NCBI GenBank assembly: GCA_963843145.1
Contig: CAWJJC010000019.1
Coordinates: 1 to 64,000 of the forward strand
DNA length: 64,000 nucleotides
Source of the DNA: an uncultured delta proteobacterium
GTDB lineage: Bacteria > Desulfobacterota > RBG-13-43-22
Direction: 5' to 3'
The stretch's first letter is position 1; every line of letters begins with the position of its first letter. A program made the position numbers and the translations under genes. This document shows, one piece after another, positions 19,058 to 27,951 of the stretch. Below the pieces are notes generated by a model that did no database searches, was not told the origin of the DNA, and worked only from the letters and a program-made list of their open reading frames with translations.

Positions 19058-19181
19058 GTAGGGGCGGCGACCCCGCCGCCCAAACCGGAGCCGGATTTGA
19101 CCACCATCGCCTTAGCCTGGCCTTGGATTTGAAGGGAACCATATCCCTCGCCCAGCCGGCAGGCGGGGTCGCCTGCCCTAC
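19058..19181. repeat. GTAG-type REP doublet (REPIN), copy 1
   Basis: GTAG-GGGCGGCG-ACCC-CGCCGCCC (19058-19081) and inverted GTAG-GGCAGGCG-ACCC-CGCCTGCC (19158-19181); 124 bp. Confidence 0.85.
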
Positions 19182-19246
19182 GAAAAACAAAAACTTGGAA
19201 TGTTTTCAGGCCTCGCAGGTGCCCGCTCCGGGCATGGGGGATTCGT

Positions 19247-20983
19247 ATGGAAAATAAGGAGGTCGCCCGGGTCCTGGCTGAAATCGCCGAGTTGATGGAG
19301 TTGGTCGGTGAGAACCCTTTCAAAATCAGGGCGTATGCCCAGGGGGCCCGGACCATCGAGGCCCAGGATCGGGCCGTTTCCGAACTGATCGCCGCTGGCG
19401 AACTGGCCCGGATCAAGGGCATCGGGTCCACCCTCTCCCAGCAGATCACCCAACTGGTTCGGGAGGGCGCCATTCCTTTACACCTGGAGTTGAAAAAAAC
19501 CTTCCCCCAGGGCATCCGGGAACTGCTCCGCGTCCCGGGGCTCGGCCCCAAAAAAGTGAAAGAATTGATCGATCAACTGGGTATCCGTTCCTTGGGAGAA
19601 CTGGAATACGCCGGACACGAAAACCGGCTGGTCCCCCTGCCCGGGTTCGGAAAAAAATCCCAGGAGAATATCCTCAGAGGGATCGAACACCTGAAGAAAT
19701 TTCAGGGACGGTTCCTTTTGGGGGAGGTCTATCCGCAGGCCCAGGCGCTGCTCGAAAAAATTCTCAAACACCCCCAAACCCTCCGGGCGGACATTGCCGG
19801 GAGCCTTCGCCGGCGCAAGGAAATCGTCAAGGACATCGATCTGGTGGCGGAAAGTCGAAAGCCGGAGGCCCTGATGGACTTTTTCACATCCCTCCCTCTG
19901 GTGGAGCAAATAACGGCGAAAGGCTCGACCAAAGCGGCGGTCCTGCTCAAGACCGGCATCCAGGCCGATCTGCGGGTGGTAGGTCCCGGCGGGTTCCCTT
20001 TGGCCCTGCACCACTTTACGGGCAGCAAGGAACATCACATCGCCCTGAGGTCCCTGGCCAACGAATTGGACCTCAAGATCAATGAGTACGGGCTGTTCAA
20101 AGAAGAACGGCCGATTGCCTGCCGCGATGAGGCCGCGCTTTACGCCCATCTGGGTTTAGCCTACATCCCGCCCGAGCTGCGGGAGGATTGGGGAGAAATC
20201 GAGGCCGCCCGAAGGAAAGAGCTCCCTCGCCTGCTGGAGGAAAAAGACCTCCGGGGAGCCTTTCACTTTCATACGCACCTGAGCGACGGCACGCCCACTT
20301 TGAGCCAATGGGTCCAAGCGGCCCAAACCAAAGGATACCGTTACCTGGGCATTTCCGACCACAGCCAATCGGCGTTTTATGCCGGCGGCTTGAAAGTGGA
20401 ACAACTGAAACGGCAGGAAGAGGAAATACGGCGTTTAAACGAAAGTCAAAAACAGGTGCATCTTTTTTGGGGAATCGAGTCGGACATCCAACCCGACGGG
20501 TCATTGGATTACCCGGATAAAGAACTAGCCCGTTTCGATTTTATTATTGCCTCCATCCATTCCAAGTTCAATATGACCGAAGCGCAGATGACCCGGCGAA
20601 TCATCCGGGCGATGGAGAATCCCTTGACCACCATGCTGGGCCATCCCACCGGCCGGTTGCTCCTGGCCCGGGATCCGTATCCGCTGGATATGGAGGCGGT
20701 CTTTCAGGCGGCCGCTCGCCAGGGGGTACTGATCGAGTTGAACGCCAATCCCCACCGACTGGATTTGGATTGGCGGCTGATGAAAAAAGCTAAGGAATTA
20801 GGGCTCCAGGTGGTGATCAATCCCGATGCCCATCATCTGGAGGGGTTGGATGATGTGGGTTACGGGGTGGGCATAGCCCGCAAAGGCTGGTTGACCAAAG
20901 AGGATGTCTTTAATACCCGGGAGGCCGAAGACGTTGCGGAGTATTTGGAGGAACGGAGGGGGAAATTAGAGCGGGCGGTTTGA
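19247..20983 (+). CDS. polX: DNA polymerase X with PHP 3'-5' exonuclease domain
   Basis: GENPFKIRAY, AGSLRRRKEIVKDIDL, HFTGSKEH, PPELRE; PHP HFHT..SDG, DHS, GHPTGR, NPDAH. Confidence 0.93.
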   Translation: MENKEVARVLAEIAELMELVGENPFKIRAYAQGARTIEAQDRAVSELIAAGELARIKGIGSTLSQQITQLVREGAIPLHLELKKTFPQGIRELLRVPGLGPKKVKELIDQLGIRSLGELEYAGHENRLVPLPGFGKKSQENILRGIEHLKKFQGRFLLGEVYPQAQALLEKILKHPQTLRADIAGSLRRRKEIVKDIDLVAESRKPEALMDFFTSLPLVEQITAKGSTKAAVLLKTGIQADLRVVGPGGFPLALHHFTGSKEHHIALRSLANELDLKINEYGLFKEERPIACRDEAALYAHLGLAYIPPELREDWGEIEAARRKELPRLLEEKDLRGAFHFHTHLSDGTPTLSQWVQAAQTKGYRYLGISDHSQSAFYAGGLKVEQLKRQEEEIRRLNESQKQVHLFWGIESDIQPDGSLDYPDKELARFDFIIASIHSKFNMTEAQMTRRIIRAMENPLTTMLGHPTGRLLLARDPYPLDMEAVFQAAARQGVLIELNANPHRLDLDWRLMKKAKELGLQVVINPDAHHLEGLDDVGYGVGIARKGWLTKEDVFNTREAEDVAEYLEERRGKLERAV

Positions 20984-21027
20984 ACGAGCCGGGGTAATCA
21001 CGAGACCCTTTATGTTTAATACCAAAG

Positions 21028-21212
21028 ATGAACATCGAACATCGAACATCGAACGTCCAACGTCGAATGAAGGAGTCGGAGCAACTGTTCCATGCAAGAA
21101 TTTGAAATTTCATTAGTTCAATTTCAAAGTTCGAATTCTCATGCCAAATTCTAAGTCCAAATCCGAGTTCGCAATAAAACGTTCGACGTTCGATGTTGTA
21201 TTTTCATATTAA
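21028..21212. repeat. ATCGAAC-periodic inverted-repeat element (family B), copy 1
   Basis: Left arm ATGAACATCGAACATCGAACATCGAACGTCCAACGTCGAATG; right arm GTTCGACGTTCGATGTTG; ends ATTTTCATATTAA. Confidence 0.75.
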
Positions 21213-21223
21213 GGCGGCAATTC

Positions 21224-21945
21224 ATGAAACTTTCCGAAGAAAAATTAAAGATATTCTCCCTGCCCTGGATAAACTCTATCCCCAGGCCCAAACCGCCCTC
21301 TCCTCCAAAAATCCCCTGGAGATGCTGGTGGCCACTATTCTCTCGGCCCAGTGCACGGATAAAAAGGTGAACGAGGTGACTCGGGTTCTGTTTAAGAAAT
21401 ACCGGAGCGCCCGCGATTACGCCGAGGCCGACCTGGCTGAACTGGAGGCGGATATCCGGCCTACCGGCTTTTTCCACAACAAGGCCAAGAGCCTCAAAAA
21501 TTGCTGCACGGAATTAATCCGGCGTCATCAGGGACAGGTGCCTCGGACCTTGGAGGAACTGATCGCCCTCCCGGGGATTGGGCGAAAAACGGCCAATGTG
21601 GTCTTAGGAAGCGCTTTTGGGATTCCGGGGGTCGTGGTGGACACCCATGTGGGTCGGATCGTCCAGCGTCTGGGACTGACCCGGGAAAAGGACCCGGTAA
21701 AAATCGAGTTGGCCTTAATGCCCCTGATTCCCGAAGACCGCTGGATCCTTTTCTCCCATCAACTGATCGCGCACGGGCGGTCCCTGTGCCCGGCCCGGTC
21801 TCCCCGCTGCCCGGAATGCCCCTTGCTGCCGGCTTGTGATTACGGGGGGTCGGGCGGGAAGATGGAAGAGGGAAGAGGGAAGACGGGAGAAAAGAGAAGG
21901 GGGAAGAGGGGTGTTCGCCGAGCGAGCCGCTCGGGAGAAAGATAG
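21224..21945 (+). CDS. nth: Endonuclease III
   Basis: ATILSAQCTD, LPGIGRKTANV, VDTHV, C-x6-C-x2-C-x5-C. Probable start ATG 21224 (MKLSEEK) with one base missing in the A-run at ~21240; alternative start 21193. Tail runs into a purine-rich repeat. Confidence 0.9.
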
Positions 21946-21983
21946 AGAGGGCAGAGGTAAAGACTAATAGGAATAATGGAAGG

Positions 21984-22700
21984 ATGGATAAGATCGAGAG
22001 TGAAATTTCGGTAGTTGAGATCGTTAATCTGTACAAGTCCTATTGGCGGGGGAGCCAGCGGATACCGGTTCTGGAGGACCTTAGCCTCACCATTCCGGAA
22101 GGGGAATTTATAGCCCTCATGGGTCCTTCGGGTTCCGGCAAAACCACCCTGCTCAATTTAATCGCCGGGATCGATCAGGCCGATCAGGGCGTGATCAAAG
22201 TGGCCGGGACCGATATCACCCGATTGGGAGAAACCGAACTGGCGGCCTGGCGTTCCCGCCACATCGGTTTTGTTTTTCAGTTTTATAATCTGCTTCCGGT
22301 CCTGACCGCCTATGAAAATGTGGAACTCCCCCTGCTGTTGAGTGAGCTGTCCAGAAAAGCACGCCGGCGACATGTGGAAACGGCCTTGCGGGTGGTCGGT
22401 CTGGAGGACCGCCTGGACCACTATCCCCAGCAGTTATCGGGCGGGCAGCAGCAGCGGGTGGCCATCGCCCGGGCGATCATCACCGATCCGACCATCGTGG
22501 TGGCCGACGAACCCACGGGAGACCTGGACAAGGTTTCGGCCCAGGAGATCCTGCTATTGATGGAGGGGCTTAACCGGGAGTTCGGGAAAACCATCATCAT
22601 GGTCACCCACGACCCCCGGGCCGCCAAGGCGGCGCGCCTACAGTTTTTTTTGGATAAGGGGACACTGAATCCTCAGTCGAAGGCGGACCCGTCGTTTTGA
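21984..22700 (+). CDS. ABC transporter ATP-binding protein (LolD/MacB-like)
   Basis: GPSGSGKTT, LSGGQQQRVAIARA, ADEPTGDLD, VTHD. Confidence 0.92.
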   Translation: MDKIESEISVVEIVNLYKSYWRGSQRIPVLEDLSLTIPEGEFIALMGPSGSGKTTLLNLIAGIDQADQGVIKVAGTDITRLGETELAAWRSRHIGFVFQFYNLLPVLTAYENVELPLLLSELSRKARRRHVETALRVVGLEDRLDHYPQQLSGGQQQRVAIARAIITDPTIVVADEPTGDLDKVSAQEILLLMEGLNREFGKTIIMVTHDPRAAKAARLQFFLDKGTLNPQSKADPSF

Positions 22701-22732
22701 AACGGCATATTTATGTCTTTTTGTTTTATGGG

Positions 22733-22761
22733 TTGACATAGAGAAATTGTAGAAGCATACT
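22733..22761 (+). promoter_or_regulatory. Sigma-70 promoter of vapBC (probably leaderless transcript)
   Basis: TTGACA-17 nt-CATACT, 6 nt before ATG 22768; no SD. Confidence 0.6.
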
Positions 22762-22767
22762 ATTTTT

Positions 22768-23040
22768 ATGAGGACCACGATTGAAATTGACATCGATCTA
22801 ATAAGAGAACTTAAAGAGCAGGGACACCGGGAGGGCAAATCATTGCGAAAAATGGTGAATGCGGCCCTTCGACGGGGTTTAAACAGTCCAACCAGTTCAC
22901 GTTCTCCAAGTCGATATAAATGTCCGGCTTGGCCTATGGGGAACCCGCCGGGCTCTATAATAGACCTGGATAAGGCCCTCGCCCGGTCCGGAGCGATGGA
23001 GGATATCGAGATACTCAGAAAACTGGAGCTGCGGAAATAA
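22768..23040 (+). CDS. vapB: VapB-type (RHH) antitoxin
   Basis: MRTTIEID..L...SLRKMVNAALRRGL; directly upstream of a PIN gene. Confidence 0.8.
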   Translation: MRTTIEIDIDLIRELKEQGHREGKSLRKMVNAALRRGLNSPTSSRSPSRYKCPAWPMGNPPGSIIDLDKALARSGAMEDIEILRKLELRK

Positions 23041-23047
23041 AAGCACG

Positions 23048-23476
23048 GTGAAGCTGGTCGACTTAAATTTGCTCCTTTATGCGGTCAACATCGACAGCCA
23101 TCCCCATCAAAAGGCGAAGGCTTGGCTGGAAGAGGTGTTGTCGGGGGATGAACCTGTCGCTATTTCCTGGGTGGTTTTTTTGGGGTTTTTGAGAATTTCG
23201 ACCAACCCCCATATTTTTCCCAATTCCTTGTCGGTTGAGATTGCCTTGGGGATTGTTGATAGCTGGCTGGCCCAGCCCAATGTGCAACTGCTATCGCCCC
23301 AAAAGGGTCACTGGAAAATTCTCCGGTCCCTAATGGTGGAATCGGGGACTGCGGGAAACCTCGTCACCGATACCCATTTGGCGGCCCTGGCCATAGAAAA
23401 CGGCGCGGAACTTTGTTCGACGGACAGCGATTTCGCCCGCTTCCCCAGATTGCATTGGACCAATCCGCTCCGGTAA
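23048..23476 (+). CDS. vapC: VapC PIN-domain toxin
   Basis: LVDLNLLLYA, GFLRISTN, GNLVTDTHLAALAIE, STDSDFARF, WTNPL. Confidence 0.9.
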   Translation: MKLVDLNLLLYAVNIDSHPHQKAKAWLEEVLSGDEPVAISWVVFLGFLRISTNPHIFPNSLSVEIALGIVDSWLAQPNVQLLSPQKGHWKILRSLMVESGTAGNLVTDTHLAALAIENGAELCSTDSDFARFPRLHWTNPLR

Positions 23477-23642
23477 TGTCAGCGTTTTAAGCTCCTTTCA
23501 GTGATTCACTAGATACGGATTGCTTATATTCCTTTCTATGCTATAATAACATAGAACAAAATATTAATAAAAAACCTTTGGTTTTTGAAATAGAGATTCC
23601 CTGAGCGGTCCCGGGAATCTTTGTTTTTAAAAGGAGAATCCC

Positions 23643-23891
23643 ATGCCCATCTTTGAATTTGTGTGTGAGCATTGCCACCGGAATTTTGAGCTCTTGGCCA
23701 CCCGGAGCGAAGACCAGGTCGCCCCGATCTGCCCCCACTGCCAGTCGCCGGAGATCAGGCGAGTGCTCTCCAGAGTCAATGCCCGAGTAGCCTCCAGCAC
23801 TTCGCCGACGTCTTCCCTGCCCCAGGTCCAATCCCGGAATTGCGCCTCCGGTCATTGCAGTACCATCGAAATCCCCGGACCGACTAAGTAG
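23643..23891 (+). CDS. FmdB-family zinc-ribbon protein
   Basis: MPIFEFVCEHC...CPHC; AGGAG RBS. Confidence 0.85.
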   Translation: MPIFEFVCEHCHRNFELLATRSEDQVAPICPHCQSPEIRRVLSRVNARVASSTSPTSSLPQVQSRNCASGHCSTIEIPGPTK

Positions 23892-24016
23892 TGGATGTTT
23901 ATTTATAATTCAATAGGTTATCCTATTTGTTTAAAGCGTTTTCTATGGGAAACTTCATTCTGGAAAGCTTGACAATACAGTAGAAGTGTATTAAAGGCAT
24001 ATACCTAGCCAAAAAT

Positions 24017-24220
24017 ATGAGCGAACTACTGACGGTCATAGGGCTGATACTGGTCTTGGAAGGGTTGCCCTATTTCGCCTTTCCGGAAAGATTCAAGACC
24101 TGGATCCTGACGCTGACGGAGATGCCGGAAGGGCAACTCCGGATCTACGGTCTGGTTTCCATGCTGATCGGTTTGCTGCTGGTCTTCGTGGCCCGGCGTA
24201 CTCATTGGCTGAGCGGATGA
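24017..24220 (+). CDS. DUF2065 small membrane protein
   Basis: IGLILVLEGLPYFAFP...LRIYGL. Confidence 0.8.
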   Translation: MSELLTVIGLILVLEGLPYFAFPERFKTWILTLTEMPEGQLRIYGLVSMLIGLLLVFVARRTHWLSG

Positions 24221-24236
24221 ACGCGGTGATCTAAGG

Positions 24237-25298
24237 ATGGGAGCCTCCCTTGCCGACTTTGATTTTGAACTCCCCTCCCGGTTGATCGCCCAGGAACCCA
24301 GCCCGTATCGGGACCAATCGCGATTGTTCGTGTTGGGACGTCGTTCCGGTGAAACGGCCCACCGTCTCTTTTACACGATCATTGAAACCCTGCAAAGCGG
24401 AGACGTCCTGGTCATCAATGACACCCGGGTGATTCCGGCCAAGTTAACCGGGCGCAAAGACTCCGGGGGGCGGGTAGAATGTCTGATTTTGAATTATCCG
24501 GATTCACCGGTTGAGAAAAGCTATGCCAGCCTCTGTTTGCTGAAGAGTTCGAGAAAACCGAGGGTCGGGGAGCGGTTCACTTTCGGCGAATGGGGTTCCG
24601 GTGAAATTCTGCCCCCATCGCCCAACGGGACCGCTCGGGTGCTGTTTCGTTTCCCCGGATCATTCGAAGCCTTCCTGGATCTCGCCGGGCAGCCCCCCCT
24701 GCCGCCCTACATTCGTCGGAAGGAAGAGACGGTCGCCTGCCAGGAGCGCGACTTGGAGCGCTATCAGACGGTCTATGCCGAAAAACCGGGGGCGGTGGCG
24801 GCCCCGACCGCCGGGTTGCATTTCTCTCCGGAGCTGTTAACCCGGATCAGGGCCAAAGGCGTCTTTATAGCCCCGGTCACCCTGCACGTCGGCTACGGGA
24901 CCTTTGCTCCCATCAAAAGCGACGACCCGACTCAGCACCGGATGCACGCCGAGTTTTATCATGTTTCCCCAGAGACCGCCCGGATTATTCAGGAACAAAA
25001 GCGGAAAGGGAAACGAGTCTTCGCCACGGGGACTACCAGTTTGCGGGTTCTGGAATACGTGGCCGCCAAGCAGGGAAACCTGGTGGCTGCTCAAGGGGAA
25101 TGCGATCTTTTCATCACCCCCGGCTATGACTTTAAGATCGTGGATGCCTTGATCACGAATTTTCACTTGCCTCGGACTACGCTGATTTTACTGGTGGCGG
25201 CCTTTGCCGGGCGCGAGAATATCCTCAGGGCCTATCGGGAGGCCATTGAACAAAATTACCGGTTTTACAGCTATGGCGATGCCATGTTGATCGTCTAG
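24237..25298 (+). CDS. queA: S-adenosylmethionine:tRNA ribosyltransferase-isomerase
   Basis: LIAQEP, NDTRVIPA, PLPPYI, YQTVYA, AAPTAGLHF, TNFHLP, YRFYSYGDAM. Confidence 0.96.
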   Translation: MGASLADFDFELPSRLIAQEPSPYRDQSRLFVLGRRSGETAHRLFYTIIETLQSGDVLVINDTRVIPAKLTGRKDSGGRVECLILNYPDSPVEKSYASLCLLKSSRKPRVGERFTFGEWGSGEILPPSPNGTARVLFRFPGSFEAFLDLAGQPPLPPYIRRKEETVACQERDLERYQTVYAEKPGAVAAPTAGLHFSPELLTRIRAKGVFIAPVTLHVGYGTFAPIKSDDPTQHRMHAEFYHVSPETARIIQEQKRKGKRVFATGTTSLRVLEYVAAKQGNLVAAQGECDLFITPGYDFKIVDALITNFHLPRTTLILLVAAFAGRENILRAYREAIEQNYRFYSYGDAMLIV

Positions 25299-26399
<1,101 letters not shown>

Positions 26400-26429
26400 C
26401 CTCGCACAATAAAGAAAGGAGTCGTCATT

Positions 26430-26786
26430 ATGGATTGGTTACTTTCAGCGGCAGAAGCCATGGGCCTTCCCGGAACGGGATCCGGAGGATCGGCGGGAGG
26501 GGGAGGATTGATGGGGTTGCTTCCCTTAGTCCTGATGTTTGCCATTTTCTATTTTTTGCTGATTCGTCCCCAGCAGAAGAAGGCTAAACAGCATAAGGAT
26601 ATGTTGGGCAACCTGAAACGGGGTGACTCGATTATCACCACCGGGGGGATTTACGGGCGCATCGTCGATATCAATGAGGGTATTATGACCATCGAGGTGG
26701 CGGATAAGATCCGGATCAAGGTCGGGAAAGGATTTGTCAACGGCCTCGCCGGCAGCAGTCCGGAAGCCCCTCCGCCCCCCAAATAA
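26430..26786 (+). CDS. yajC: Preprotein translocase subunit YajC
   Basis: FYFLLIRPQQKK, GDSIITTGGIYG; follows tgt. Confidence 0.93.
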   Translation: MDWLLSAAEAMGLPGTGSGGSAGGGGLMGLLPLVLMFAIFYFLLIRPQQKKAKQHKDMLGNLKRGDSIITTGGIYGRIVDINEGIMTIEVADKIRIKVGKGFVNGLAGSSPEAPPPPK

Positions 26787-26834
26787 CGGGGTCCCGCCGA
26801 GGACTGAACCTGCGATCGCTGAGGGTAAACGTAG

Positions 26835-27941
26835 ATGACACGGGATCCCCGATATGCCTGGCTGGCCTTAAACCGGATCGCCGGTATCGGCCGGGTCCTC
26901 TACCGGCGTTTGATTGATCGATTCGGCGCCCCTTCCGGCGTTTTTCAGTCCGACCTCCAGGGACTCCTGGAGGTGGAGGGATTGCGGGAGCAGACCGCCC
27001 GAAATATCCTTCGTTTTACGGGGGATGACACGGTGAAGCGGGAGATCGAGGTCTTGGACAGACTGAAGATCCACCTGCTTACCCTGAGGGATCCCCTTTA
27101 TCCACGGCTATTGGCCGAAATTCACGACCCGCCGCCTTATCTCTATTATCAAGGCCGTGTCTCAGCGCAGGACAGTCGGGTAATGGCCATGGTGGGGTCC
27201 CGGAACGGCAGTCCTTACGGGATCAAGGTGACCGAGCGGTTGGCCTACAGTCTGGCGCAACAAGGCTTGACGATTGCCAGCGGGTTGGCCCGGGGCATCG
27301 ATACGGCCGCCCACGAGGGGGCCCTGTTGGCTAAGGGGCGCACCGTGGCGGTGCTGGGTTCCGGCCTGGATCAGATTTACCCGCCGGAGAATAGAAAGCT
27401 GGCGGAACGAATCGTGGAAACCGGAATGATCTGTTCGGAATTTCCCCCGGGGACCCTGCCGGAGCGGCAGAATTTTCCGGTGCGTAACCGGATCATCAGC
27501 GGCCTGTCTTTGGGAGTGGTGATTGTGGAAGCCGGCTTGCGTAGCGGTTCCCTGATTACGGCCCGATTGGCCCTGGAGCAGGGGCGGGAGGTCTTTGCCG
27601 TGCCCGGCAGCATTGAGTCTTTCAAAAGTTCCGGGACGCATCGTCTGATCAAACAGGGGGCCAAGTTGGTGGAGCATGCCCAGGATATCCTGGAGGAAAT
27701 TCCGGGGGCGGCTACCGCCCGGGCGATCCTCCCGAACGAACAAGAGTTTTCCAGGCCCTTACCCGCCCTCACCCCGGAAGAGGAGCTGATTTGGAAAGCG
27801 CTGGCCGATGGTCCGGTACAAGTGGATCCTTTGGCCCGCCAAACCGGACTGGGGATAGGCGTCCTCTTGTCTCGGTTGTTGGAAATGGAAATCAAGGGCT
27901 GGGTCAAACAGTTGCCCGGTAAATTTTTTGAAATAAGATAG
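26835..27941 (+). CDS. dprA: DNA-processing protein DprA
   Basis: AMVGSR, SGLARGIDTAAH, FPVRNRIISGLS, SGSLITA, REVFAVPG. Confidence 0.95.
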   Translation: MTRDPRYAWLALNRIAGIGRVLYRRLIDRFGAPSGVFQSDLQGLLEVEGLREQTARNILRFTGDDTVKREIEVLDRLKIHLLTLRDPLYPRLLAEIHDPPPYLYYQGRVSAQDSRVMAMVGSRNGSPYGIKVTERLAYSLAQQGLTIASGLARGIDTAAHEGALLAKGRTVAVLGSGLDQIYPPENRKLAERIVETGMICSEFPPGTLPERQNFPVRNRIISGLSLGVVIVEAGLRSGSLITARLALEQGREVFAVPGSIESFKSSGTHRLIKQGAKLVEHAQDILEEIPGAATARAILPNEQEFSRPLPALTPEEELIWKALADGPVQVDPLARQTGLGIGVLLSRLLEMEIKGWVKQLPGKFFEIR

Positions 27942-27951
27942 GAACCATTGA

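Noticed and set aside
19005-19551. Similar ORFs at 19012..19551, 19036..19257, 41709..42107 and 41836..42252 looking like a paralogous protein family
   Set aside because: The similarity comes entirely from the REPIN DNA repeat; the frames and boundaries are inconsistent.
26430-26835. yajC not followed by secDF
   Set aside because: Ordinary gene-order variation; dprA-topA-trmFO is itself a common cluster.
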